Assembly: GCA_026004535.1 (NCBI GenBank)
Contig: BPJI01000001.1
Span: forward strand, 233,491 to 297,490
Length of the DNA stretch: 64,000 nt
Direction of reading: 5' to 3'
DNA from: Candidatus Parcubacteria bacterium
Lineage (GTDB): Bacteria > Patescibacteriota > Minisyncoccia > UBA6257 > HR35
The notes under the pieces were generated by a model. It was not told where the DNA came from. It saw only the letters and a list, made by a program, of their open reading frames with translations, and did not search any database. Both the position numbers and the translations under genes were made by a program. This document shows positions 25,872-34,968 of this stretch, in pieces. The first letter of the stretch is position 1. The number at the start of each line of letters is the position of its first letter.

Positions 25872-26515
25872 TGAAAACCTACTTATACAATTTTCAAGGC
25901 GAAAAGATTGGTGAGATAGAATTTCCAGAAATTTTTAATCTTGAATTTAATCCAGCTTTAGTTCATCAAGTAATGAGATGGCAGATGTTAAATAATTACC
26001 ATCCTTATGCTCACACAAAAACAAGGGGAGAGGTAAGAGGTGGTGGTCGAAAACCTTGGCCACAAAAAGGAACAGGCAGAGCTAGACATGGTTCGATTAG
26101 ATCTCCTATTTGGAAAGGAGGTGGTGTTGTTTTTGGCCCAAGAAAAGAAAAAATAAGACAAATTAAAGTTAATAAAAAAATGAAAAAAAAGGCAATTTTA
26201 ATGACAATTGCCGAAAAATTGAGACAAAATTTAATTAGAGTTATTGATAAATTAGAGCCAAAAGAATATAAAACAAAAGAATTTGAAAAATTTTTCAGTA
26301 AATTTTTACAGCCAAGAAAAACAAAAAAGAAAAAAGAAACTGCCTTATTAGTAATTGAAAATGATAAAAAAGAAATTTATCGAAGCATTCGTAATCTTCC
26401 TTATGCTGATGCTATTTCTGCTCGCAATTTAAACCTTTTAGAACTTTTAAATCATAAATATTTATTTTTAACCAAAGATTCCTTAACCGAACTTTACAAA
26501 AGATTTTCGGTGTAA
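25871..26515 (+). CDS. rplD: 50S ribosomal protein L4
   Basis: Position after rplC. L4-like GGGRKPW..KGTGRAR motif. Confidence 0.85.
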   Translation: MKTYLYNFQGEKIGEIEFPEIFNLEFNPALVHQVMRWQMLNNYHPYAHTKTRGEVRGGGRKPWPQKGTGRARHGSIRSPIWKGGGVVFGPRKEKIRQIKVNKKMKKKAILMTIAEKLRQNLIRVIDKLEPKEYKTKEFEKFFSKFLQPRKTKKKKETALLVIENDKKEIYRSIRNLPYADAISARNLNLLELLNHKYLFLTKDSLTELYKRFSV

Positions 26516-27154
26516 AGAAGATAAGCCATATTTTTTTATTAATTGATAATGTTTTTTTGTACCATAGCCTTTGTGAATCTCAAATAAATATTTTGGAAAT
26601 TTTTGAGCAATTTTTTTCATATAATCATCTCTGTGGGTTTTGGCCAAGATTGAAGCTCCGCCTAAGGAAGCTAATCTTCTATCTCCCTTAATGAAAAAAT
26701 AGATATTTTTATAATTCAATTCTTTAATTGCTTTACCATCTAAAACAATTGCTTCAGGCTTAAAATAACCAATAATTTTTTTGACTCCATAAACGAATGC
26801 CTGATTAATGCCAATTTTGTCTATTTTTTTATTACTAATTGAAACAATTTTATACTTTAAGCCATTTTTTTTAATTATTTTTCTTAGAATTTCTCTTTCT
26901 TCAGGTTTTAAAATTTTTGAATCAAAAAATAAAATTTTATTTTTTGTTAAAATTTTTAAAGAATCTTTATCTAAATAAAGACCAGCAACAGTTAATGGTC
27001 CAGCTAAAGCACCACGGCCAGCTTCGTCAATAGCAACTAAGCTTTTATGCTTTCTGATTAATTTTTTTTCCACTGACCAAAAATTTGACTTTAAATTTTT
27101 CTTAGATAAAATTTTTTTGAAATGGAATTTGTCCATCTTCATGTCCATTCTCAT
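26483..27154 (-). CDS. rnhB: ribonuclease HII
   Basis: AIDEAGRGALAGPL catalytic motif. True start probably internal Met (overlaps rplD end and dnaE start). Confidence 0.8.
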   Translation of the reverse strand: MRMDMKMDKFHFKKILSKKNLKSNFWSVEKKLIRKHKSLVAIDEAGRGALAGPLTVAGLYLDKDSLKILTKNKILFFDSKILKPEEREILRKIIKKNGLKYKIVSISNKKIDKIGINQAFVYGVKKIIGYFKPEAIVLDGKAIKELNYKNIYFFIKGDRRLASLGGASILAKTHRDDYMKKIAQKFPKYLFEIHKGYGTKKHYQLIKKYGLSSLHRKSFVKFG

Positions 27155-30100
27155 TATAGTTTATTAGATGGAATGTCGAAAATTGACGATTTACTTAAAA
27201 GAGCTTTGGAACTTAATTTTAAAGCTTTAGCTTTAACTGATCACGGCACATTGGCCGGAGCAATTGAATTTTATAAAAAAGCAAAAAAAATAGGAATTAA
27301 ACCAATTATTGGTTGCGAAGTTTATTTAGCTCCAAGAACGAGATTTGATAAAACAGCTAAAATCGATTCAAAAAATTATCATTTAACTTTATTAGCTCAA
27401 AATGAAAAAGGTTATAAAAATCTTCTTAAATTAGTAACTAAAGCTTGGTTAGAAGGGTTTTACTATAAACCAAGAATTGATAAGGAGCTTTTAAAACAAT
27501 ATAGTCAAGGTTTGATTTGTCTTTCTGGTTGCCCAAGCAGTGAAATTTCTAAAGCTCTTTTAAGCAATAATTATGAATTAGCTAAAAAATTAGCTTTTGA
27601 ATATTTAGAAATTTTTGGTAAAGATAATTTTTATTTAGAAGTTGATTATCATCCAAAAATTGAGGATTCAAGTAAATTAAAACCACTCCTAATCAAACTT
27701 GCTGAAGAAACAAAAATTCCTTTAGTTGTAACTTATGATAGTCATTATCCTTATTCAGAAGATGCTTCAATTCACGATGTTTTTTTAGCCATTCAAACAG
27801 GTAAAGATCTTGATGAGGAAGAAAGATTAACAATGAGACAAGATGATTTTTCTTTGGCTTCGGCTGAAATTATTTATGGATTGAATAAAGACATACCTCA
27901 AGCAATAAAAAATACTTTAGAAGTTGCCGAAAAGTGCAATTTAGAAATTGAATTAGGGAAATTAAAATTGCCTAAGTATCCAATTGATGAAAATGAAATG
28001 ATTTATCTAAGGAAATTATGTGAAGTTGGAATTAGTAAAAGAAACTTAAACAAAGATGAAATTAAAGATAGACTTGATTATGAACTTAGAATAATTGAAC
28101 AAACTGGTTTTGCTGGTTATTTTTTGATTGTTCAAGATATTGTTAATTTTGCCAAAGAAAATAATTTAGCAGTTGGTCCAGGAAGAGGTTCGGTTGGAGG
28201 TAGTTTGGTTGCTTATCTTTTAGGAATTACTGAAATTAATCCTCTAAGATATGGTCTTTTATTTGAAAGATTTTTAAATCCTGAAAGGTACGAATTTCCT
28301 GATATTGATATTGATTTTTCTGATGTTAAAAGAGATTTAATTTTCGATTATATTCGTCAAAAATATGGTCAAGATAGATTTGCTCAAATTATTACTTTTG
28401 GGAAAATGGCATCAAGAGCGGCTGTTCGTGATGCTGGTCGGGCCCTAGGTTTTTCTTTTTCTTTTGTTGATAGATTAGCCAGATTAATTCCAGCTAATTT
28501 GTCTTTGGAAGAAGCAGAAAAATTAATTGATGTTCAAAAAATAATCAAAGAAAATAAAGATTACCAAAAAATTATTGATTCAGCTAAAAGATTAGAAGGA
28601 ACAATTAGACATGCAAGTGTTCATGCCTGCGGAACAGTTATTACTCCTGGGCCAATTACTGATTTCTTGCCACTTCAATTTGCTCCAGGTAAAGAAAAAG
28701 TGATTATTAGTCAATATGATATGTATTCGGTTCAAGAAATTGGACTTTTGAAAATGGACTTTTTAGGTTTAAGAACATTATCAATTATTGAGACAACTCA
28801 AGGTTTGATTAAAGAAAGACATAACCAAGAGATTATTTTCAGTGATAAATTTGATGATCGAGAGACTTTTGAAATTTTAAGGCAAGGAAAAACAATTGGT
28901 ATTTTTCAATTAGAAGGTAGGGGGATGACCGAATGTTTAAAAAGATTAAAACCAGAAAAATTGGAAGATATAGCTGTGATGGTTGCTTTATTTAGGCCAG
29001 GACCGATTGAACTCATTCCTTCATTCATTCGTCGAAGATTTGGCAAAGAAGAAATAAATTATTTACATCCAAAATTAGAACCAATCTTGAAAGAAACTTA
29101 CGGTATTATGGTTTATCAAGAGCAATTAATGAAGATAGCTCAAGAACTTGGTGGCTATTCTTTAATTGAGGCTGATGTTTTAAGAAAAGCTGTTGGTAAA
29201 AAAATAAAAAGTTTGTTGGATGAGGAGATAAAAAAATTATTTGAGCGAATGGTAAAAAATGGTATTAATAGAGAAATAGCAGAAAAAATATGTAAATTAA
29301 TTGAACCTTTCGCTCGCTATGGTTTTAATAAAAGCCACGCCGTTGCTTATGCCATTTTGGCTTATTATACAGCTTATTTAAAGGCCCATTTTCCTATTGA
29401 ATTTTTAACAGCTTGTTTAATTCATGAGGGTAAAGACATTGACCGAGTTAAAATTTATCTTCAAGATTTTAAAAACCATGGGATTGAAGTCTTACCACCT
29501 GACATTAATGAAAGCAATTTCCATTTCACCATTATTGATGAAAGAAGAGTTAGGTTTGGTTTAGGTTCAATTAAAAATATTGGCGCTCCTTTAGTTTATG
29601 CCATTGAGGAAGAAAGAAAAAAGAATGGTCCATTTTTAAGTTTAGCTGATTTTCTTAATCGAGTTAGACATAAAGATTTAAACAAAAAATCTTTAGAAAG
29701 TTTTATTAAAGCTGGTGTTTTTGATCGTTTTTATCCTCGAAGCACTTTAATCAATAATTTTGATTATATTTTAGACTATTCGCAAAAGAGCAAAAATTTC
29801 AGTGAAAGAAAGAGCCTTTTTGGTGCGACTAATAATGATTTATATCTTAAGCCAGGAAAAAATATCGATGAATTAGAAATTTTAAAATGGGAAAAAGAAC
29901 TCTTAGGAATTTATCTTTCTGGTCATCCCTATAAAAAATATGCACCCAAATTAAATGGCAAAGCAAAAAATATCAGAGACGTTTTAAAACTTGAAGATGG
30001 TTTTAAAGTTAGTTTAGCTGGAGTTTTAAATGAGCTTAAGAGAGTCTTGACTAAAAATAAGGAACCTTTTGCCTATTTAGAAATTGAAGATTTGACTGAT

Positions 30101-30247
30101 AAAATCGAAGTTATGCTTTTTCCTAAGGTTTATGAAAATTATTTTGAAATTTTAAAGGAAGGTAAAATTTATTTTTTAGTTGGTACAGTTCAAAAAAGAG
30201 AAAGTAAAAATATTGTTGTCGCTGATTTAATTACCGAAATTAAATAA
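27122..30247 (+). CDS. dnaE: DNA polymerase III alpha subunit
   Basis: PHP domain HLHVHSHYSLLDG, polymerase core motifs, OB-fold C-terminus. 1041 aa. Confidence 0.9.
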   Translation: MEFVHLHVHSHYSLLDGMSKIDDLLKRALELNFKALALTDHGTLAGAIEFYKKAKKIGIKPIIGCEVYLAPRTRFDKTAKIDSKNYHLTLLAQNEKGYKNLLKLVTKAWLEGFYYKPRIDKELLKQYSQGLICLSGCPSSEISKALLSNNYELAKKLAFEYLEIFGKDNFYLEVDYHPKIEDSSKLKPLLIKLAEETKIPLVVTYDSHYPYSEDASIHDVFLAIQTGKDLDEEERLTMRQDDFSLASAEIIYGLNKDIPQAIKNTLEVAEKCNLEIELGKLKLPKYPIDENEMIYLRKLCEVGISKRNLNKDEIKDRLDYELRIIEQTGFAGYFLIVQDIVNFAKENNLAVGPGRGSVGGSLVAYLLGITEINPLRYGLLFERFLNPERYEFPDIDIDFSDVKRDLIFDYIRQKYGQDRFAQIITFGKMASRAAVRDAGRALGFSFSFVDRLARLIPANLSLEEAEKLIDVQKIIKENKDYQKIIDSAKRLEGTIRHASVHACGTVITPGPITDFLPLQFAPGKEKVIISQYDMYSVQEIGLLKMDFLGLRTLSIIETTQGLIKERHNQEIIFSDKFDDRETFEILRQGKTIGIFQLEGRGMTECLKRLKPEKLEDIAVMVALFRPGPIELIPSFIRRRFGKEEINYLHPKLEPILKETYGIMVYQEQLMKIAQELGGYSLIEADVLRKAVGKKIKSLLDEEIKKLFERMVKNGINREIAEKICKLIEPFARYGFNKSHAVAYAILAYYTAYLKAHFPIEFLTACLIHEGKDIDRVKIYLQDFKNHGIEVLPPDINESNFHFTIIDERRVRFGLGSIKNIGAPLVYAIEEERKKNGPFLSLADFLNRVRHKDLNKKSLESFIKAGVFDRFYPRSTLINNFDYILDYSQKSKNFSERKSLFGATNNDLYLKPGKNIDELEILKWEKELLGIYLSGHPYKKYAPKLNGKAKNIRDVLKLEDGFKVSLAGVLNELKRVLTKNKEPFAYLEIEDLTDKIEVMLFPKVYENYFEILKEGKIYFLVGTVQKRESKNIVVADLITEIK

Positions 30248-30250
30248 GAA

Positions 30251-30371
30251 ACAGAACTTACTGAACTGATGCAGAACTGACGGAATTTTTCTGCGAGTTC
30301 TGTGTGAGTTCAGTAATTTCCGCGGTAGTATTTTTCTGTAAGTTCTATGTTCGTTCCGTAAGTTCTGCGTA
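30251..30371. repeat. CAGAAC/GTTCTG-family palindromic tandem array
   Basis: acagaact/actgaact/gcagaact/gacggaat then gagttctg/gagttcag/aagttcta/aagttctg. Lies between dnaE and ligT-like gene. Confidence 0.85.
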
Positions 30372-30378
30372 CTTGAAA

Positions 30379-30930
30379 ATGAAATTAAGATTGTTTATTG
30401 CCCTATCTTTAACCAAAGGATTAATAAAGAAAATTAATTTTTTAGAAGAAGAGATTGAGACAAGGACCAAAATAAAATTTCCCTGGATTCCCGTTAAAAA
30501 TTTGCATTTAACAATTGTTTTTTTGGGTTATTTAAATTATGAAGACTTTATAAAATTAAGAGATATTTTCCAAAATTTTAATTGGCGAAAAAGGATTGAG
30601 GCTAAAATTAAGAAAATTGATTATGGTCCACCAGGACATAAAAGAATGATTTGGCTCTACTTAGAGAAGAATAAAGATTTGGAAGAATTAAAAAATTTAA
30701 TTGAAGAAAATTTAAATCAAACACAAATTTTTTATCATCGAGAGGAAAGAGAATTTTTGCCTCATATAAATTTAGCTAGATTAAAAAACATTAAAGACTT
30801 ACCAGAAATTAAAAAAGAATTAAATTGGCAGATAGTTTTTAATGAATTAGTCTTGTATGAATCAATTCTTAAACCAACTGGAGCTCTTTATGAAAAGCTT
30901 TTAAGATTGGATCTAAATTTCCATTCATAA
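30379..30930 (+). CDS. 2H-phosphoesterase (LigT/ThpR-like RNA 2',3'-cyclic phosphodiesterase)
   Basis: Two H-x-T/S-x motifs: HLTIVFLG and HINLARL. The ORF-track start at 30304 runs into the repeat; the Met at 30379 is more likely. Confidence 0.6.
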   Translation: MKLRLFIALSLTKGLIKKINFLEEEIETRTKIKFPWIPVKNLHLTIVFLGYLNYEDFIKLRDIFQNFNWRKRIEAKIKKIDYGPPGHKRMIWLYLEKNKDLEELKNLIEENLNQTQIFYHREEREFLPHINLARLKNIKDLPEIKKELNWQIVFNELVLYESILKPTGALYEKLLRLDLNFHS

Positions 30931-31610
30931 TATCTTCTAAATTATGCCAAGATTTATTGAGTCGATGGTCAGTAACGCGATTTTGAGGAAAGTTATAAGT
31001 TCTTATTTTTTCAGCTCTTTCTTGAGATCCAATTTGCTTTCTTCTTTCTTCAGTTAAATTGCCATAAATTTTTTGTTGTTCTAATTCCCAAATTTTATTT
31101 TTTAAAAGTTCTAAAGCTATTTCTCGATTTCTTTGCTGACTTCGTTCTGTTTGACAAGAGACAACAATTCCTGTTGGTTTATGTAAAATTCTGACAGCTG
31201 TTTCAACTTTATTGACATTTTGACCACCGGGACCTCCAGCTCTAAAAAAACTGATTTCGATATCTGACTCCTTAATTTGAATTTGGGGTAAATTTAATTT
31301 GGGCAAGATAGCAACTGAAGCAGTTGAAGTATGGATGCGTCCACTTTTTTCAGTTACTGGTATTCTTTGAACTCGATGAACTCCTGCTTCTTGCTTTAAT
31401 AAATCATAAGCTTTATTACCAGTAATTTCGGCTGTTAAACTTTTTATTCCTCCCAAATCAGTTTCATTTAAATCTAATATCTTGATTTTAAATTTATTTT
31501 TTTCAAAAAATTTTAAATACATTCGCCATAAATCACGGGCAAATAAGGCAGCTTCTTCGCCACCAACTCCAGCCCTGATTTCTAAATAGATTGTTTGAAT
31601 TTCTTGATTC
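30869..31610 (-). CDS. prfA: peptide chain release factor 1-like protein lacking N-terminal domain 1
   Basis: PVT tripeptide (RF1 type) and GGQ motif ([16 protein letters not shown]). Starts at MNQEIQ directly in domain 2. 247 aa vs ~355 normal. Confidence 0.65.
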
Positions 31611-31646
31611 ATACTAAAAAAGTATGTTATAATTAGAACACGAATC

Positions 31647-31859
31647 CTATTTTTTGTTTTTCTTTTTTTCTTGTCTTTGTAAAAATTTTTCAACCCTACC
31701 CATAACTTTTTTAGTTTCTTCTTTACCAGTAAAAACCGGAGAACAATTGCGACAAATTTCTACAAAAATTTCTTTTTTCGTTGCTGGAATTTCATATTCA
31801 GCACCACAAGCGCATTTTATCTTAGCTAAAAAATATTGGGGATGAATTTTGTTTTTCAT
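31647..31859 (-). CDS. rpmE: 50S ribosomal protein L31
   Basis: [10 protein letters not shown]...CxCG...[10 protein letters not shown]31 zinc-ribbon consensus. The ORF-track N-terminal 40 aa is upstream read-through. Confidence 0.8.
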   Translation of the reverse strand: MKNKIHPQYFLAKIKCACGAEYEIPATKKEIFVEICRNCSPVFTGKEETKKVMGRVEKFLQRQEKKKNKK

Positions 31860-31876
31860 AATATAATTATAACATA

Positions 31877-32593
31877 ATGGAAACACAAATCCAACAACAA
31901 GTTCAAGAGAGGATTTTTGGTGAAATGATGAAAGCTGGTGTTCATTATGGCCGAGCCAAAAGATACACTCATCCATCAATTAAAAATTTTCTTTTAAAGT
32001 CAAATAAGAATATTGAATTTTTTAACTTGAGATTAACTTTGCAAAAATTAAATGAGGTTAGTGATTATTTGAAACAGGCTTTGGCTGAAAATAAAAAAAT
32101 TTTATTTGTTGGTACGACTCCAGCAAGTCAAAACAAAATTCAAGAAATAGCTCAAGCTCTAAATCAGTATTATTTAAACTATAAATGGGTTGGTGGTTTT
32201 TTAACTAATTTTCAAACAATTAAAGCAAGGCTAATATATTTTAGAGAATTACTGAAAAAAGAAGAAAGTGGTGAAATTCAAAATTTGCCTCCAGCCCAAA
32301 GAGTGAAAATAGAAAAAGAACTTCAAAAATTAAAAAATCTTTATTCGGGAGTAGTTAATTTAGATTCTTTGCCCGATATTGTTTTTATTGTTAATTTGGC
32401 TTATAAACAACACAAAACAGCCAAAAGAGAAGCAATTAGAATGAAAATACCAATTATTGCTTTAGCTGGTTCAGATAATGATGTAAGTAATGTTTTTTTA
32501 TTTGTCCCTGGTAATGACAAAGCACCAAGAAGCATTGCTTGGCAACTAGATTATCTTTTGTCGAAAGTAAAAACACAGAATATACAGAACTAA
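31877..32593 (+). CDS. rpsB: 30S ribosomal protein S2
   Basis: MKAGVHYGRAKRYTHPSIKNF..IFNL..T S2 N-terminal consensus. 238 aa. Confidence 0.85.
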   Translation: METQIQQQVQERIFGEMMKAGVHYGRAKRYTHPSIKNFLLKSNKNIEFFNLRLTLQKLNEVSDYLKQALAENKKILFVGTTPASQNKIQEIAQALNQYYLNYKWVGGFLTNFQTIKARLIYFRELLKKEESGEIQNLPPAQRVKIEKELQKLKNLYSGVVNLDSLPDIVFIVNLAYKQHKTAKREAIRMKIPIIALAGSDNDVSNVFLFVPGNDKAPRSIAWQLDYLLSKVKTQNIQN

Positions 32594-32697
32594 CATAGAA
32601 CTCACAGAAAAATTCCGTCAGTTATGCTTCAGTTCTGTATAGTTCTACATCTAAAAAAATTCAGTAAGTTCAACGTCAGTTCAGTTAGTTCTGTATA
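32583..32697. repeat. CAGAAC/GTTCTG-family array (mixed orientation) overlapping last codons of rpsB
   Basis: tacagaact/catagaact ... cagttctgta/tagttctaca/cagttcagt/tagttctgtat. Confidence 0.8.
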
Positions 32698-32708
32698 AAA
32701 TATAAAAA

Positions 32709-33299
32709 ATGAACCAAGAGTTTTTAGAAAAAATCAAGAAATTGAGAGAAGAAACTGGAGCGCCAATTGGTAAATGCAGGGAAGCTTTAGAAAAAGAAAA
32801 TTGGGATTTGGATAAGGCAAAAATTTATTTAAGAAAAATCGGCGAATCTCTCTTAGAAAAGAAAAAAGAAAAAGAAACTAAAAATGGAATTATTGAAGGT
32901 TATATTCATTTTAATGGCCGGGTTGGTGCTTTGGTTGAACTTTTGTCAGAAACAGATTTTGTGGCCCAAAATCCTGAATTTAAAAAATTAGCTCATGAAT
33001 TAGCAATGCAAGTTGCTTTTATGAATCCTTTATATTTAGATTTAGAAAGTGTATCCGCAGAAGTTTTGGAAAGAAAAAAACAAGAATTGAGTGAAGATAT
33101 TCAAGACAAACCAGAAAAAGTCAGACAAGAAATTATTGAAGGGAGATTGAAAAAATGGGCTGAAGAAATTTGTTTATTAGAGCAACCATATTTTAAGGAT
33201 GAGAATTTAAAAATTAGAGATTTAATTAATGAATATGCTAATAAATTTGGAGAGAAAATTGAAGTTAGAAGATTTGCACGTTTAAGTCGTGATGAATAG
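32709..33299 (+). CDS. tsf: elongation factor Ts (short form)
   Basis: N-terminal UBA-like KKLREETGAPIGKCREALE. 196 aa. Follows rpsB. Confidence 0.8.
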   Translation: MNQEFLEKIKKLREETGAPIGKCREALEKENWDLDKAKIYLRKIGESLLEKKKEKETKNGIIEGYIHFNGRVGALVELLSETDFVAQNPEFKKLAHELAMQVAFMNPLYLDLESVSAEVLERKKQELSEDIQDKPEKVRQEIIEGRLKKWAEEICLLEQPYFKDENLKIRDLINEYANKFGEKIEVRRFARLSRDE

Positions 33300-33600
33300 T
33301 TATTTAATTTTAATTTTAGGTTATTTATTGATCTTTACGGCTATAGTTTTATCTTATTATCGGCTCAAAAAGATTGAAATTACCAAAGAAGATCTGATCT
33401 ATTGGCGCAAACTCGAAAATATTTTTACTGTCTTTAAAAATAAAATTTTAACTTCAATAAAAATTTCCGAAGATGAAATCACCTATTTATGGCGAAATTT
33501 GGTTGAGAAATTTCTTCTGCGGATAAAAATTTTTGGTTTAAAAATAGAAACCTGGGCAAGTAAAAAATTAGAAAAAATGAAAAATAAAGAATCTTTTTAG
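33289..33600 (+). CDS. hypothetical small membrane protein
   Basis: One N-terminal TM helix. No family recognised. Confidence 0.3.
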   Translation: MMNSYLILILGYLLIFTAIVLSYYRLKKIEITKEDLIYWRKLENIFTVFKNKILTSIKISEDEITYLWRNLVEKFLLRIKIFGLKIETWASKKLEKMKNKESF

Positions 33601-33690
33601 GTTATAATTTATAATAGAAATAGGTCGGCATAGCTCAATGGTACCTGCCTGCAGGCAGGCAGGGATGGTTTTGTAAATCGAAGTGACTGC

Positions 33691-33762
33691 GCCGAGGTAG
33701 CTCAACGGTAGAGCAGGGGCTTTGTAAGCCCAAGGTTAGGGGTTCGAATCCCCTCCTCGGCT
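33691..33762 (+). tRNA. tRNA-Thr (anticodon TGT)
   Basis: Manual fold: acceptor GCCGAGG/CCTCGGC, D-arm GCTC-AACGGTA-GAGC, anticodon loop TTTGTAA, T-arm AGGGG-TTCGAAT-CCCCT, discriminator T. CCA not encoded. Confidence 0.8.
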
Positions 33763-33766
33763 CAAG

Positions 33767-34402
33767 ATGAAAGGATTAACTTATGTTGAGCTTTTAGTTG
33801 TTTTGGGTTTGATCCCGGTTGTTATTGGTATTATTTCCGGAGTTTTAAAGGTTCAGAATTATTACAAGACAACAAGAGATTTGCAAAGACTGCAAGATTT
33901 AAATTTACTGAATAGTGCTCTAAATTTTTATTTTCAAAATGCAACCTCGATTGATCCTGATGGCCCCAATCTTGATGGTCGTGGTGTTGATGAATCAATG
34001 CCAACAATTTTTGTTTCTGTTCCAAGCGAAAAAGATAAATTTTTCGAATCTTGCTTTTATTATCCTAATAATAAAACCTATTACATTTATCAGACTAACA
34101 AAAATGACTACCAAAAGATAAATGGGTTTGGTTGGGTGCCAGTTAATTTTTTCGAGGTAGATTTTCCTGGTATTTCATCTTTGCCAGTTGATCCTATAAA
34201 TAATTTAAGGTCAGGACTTTATTATTTATATGCTTTCCAAAGAAATTCTCCTCAATATGAAGTTTCGGTTGGATTTGAGTCAGCAGAGTTCCAAAAAGGA
34301 GGTGTTGCTGATCGAGTTTCTAATGATGGCGGTAATGACGAAAATAGATTAGAATTAGGAACAAACCTAAATCTTATTCCTGGTTTTGTCTTTAGCTTTT
34401 AA
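33767..34402 (+). CDS. type IV pilin-like/pseudopilin-like protein
   Basis: Class III signal MKG|LTYVELLVVLGL with Glu at +5. Secreted globular C-terminus. Confidence 0.55.
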   Translation: MKGLTYVELLVVLGLIPVVIGIISGVLKVQNYYKTTRDLQRLQDLNLLNSALNFYFQNATSIDPDGPNLDGRGVDESMPTIFVSVPSEKDKFFESCFYYPNNKTYYIYQTNKNDYQKINGFGWVPVNFFEVDFPGISSLPVDPINNLRSGLYYLYAFQRNSPQYEVSVGFESAEFQKGGVADRVSNDGGNDENRLELGTNLNLIPGFVFSF

Positions 34403-34437
34403 CCCTAATCCCTAACTATGTTATAATTATCATAAGC

Positions 34438-34968
34438 ATGAACCGTGAATTTTTTTTAAGTCTATTAGAATTTATTCTTCTTTTGCTTCTGGTTATTTTG
34501 CCAATTAGATTTTTTTTATTCGAGCCATTTTTGGTTCGTGGCCAAAGTATGGAGCCTAATTTTCATAATTTTGATTACCTAATTATTGATAAATTAACTT
34601 ACCGTCTTCGTAGTCCTCAAAGAGGAGAAGTTGTTGTTTTTAAACCACCATTCGATAATCATGTTTATTACATTAAAAGAGTTATTGGGCTTCCTGGAGA
34701 AAAAATTGAAATCGAAGAATCAAAAGTATTTATTTTTAACAAGGATAATCCTGAAGGATTTATTTTAAATGAAGATTATCTCAAAGGTCATTACACTTTA
34801 GGTAAAATTGAAGTTAATCTTGGGCCGGATGAATATTTTGTTTTAGGAGACAATCGTGAAGTAAGTTATGATTCAAGAAAATGGGGTCCAGTCAAAAGAG
34901 AGAGAATTATCGGTAGAGTTGTTTTCCAAATTTCTTTAATTAAATTAGCTCAAGCTTTCATCAAATGA
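34438..34968 (+). CDS. lepB: signal peptidase I
   Basis: Boxes GQSMEPNF (Ser), YIKRVIGLPGE (Lys), GDNREVSYDSRKWG. Confidence 0.85.
   Translation: MNREFFLSLLEFILLLLLVILPIRFFLFEPFLVRGQSMEPNFHNFDYLIIDKLTYRLRSPQRGEVVVFKPPFDNHVYYIKRVIGLPGEKIEIEESKVFIFNKDNPEGFILNEDYLKGHYTLGKIEVNLGPDEYFVLGDNREVSYDSRKWGPVKRERIIGRVVFQISLIKLAQAFIK

Noticed and set aside
30869-31693. RF2-style programmed +1 frameshift explaining the short release factor
   Set aside because: The tripeptide is PVT (RF1 type), not SPF. No CUU UGA shifty site or upstream domain-1-coding frame is present. The upstream extension overlaps rpmE in another frame.
33620-33690. Second tRNA gene upstream of tRNA-Thr
   Set aside because: It has a D-arm-like and an anticodon-loop-like motif, but no acceptor-stem complement or T-arm can be formed on either strand. 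It is kept as a finding (fragment/scar), not as a tRNA feature.
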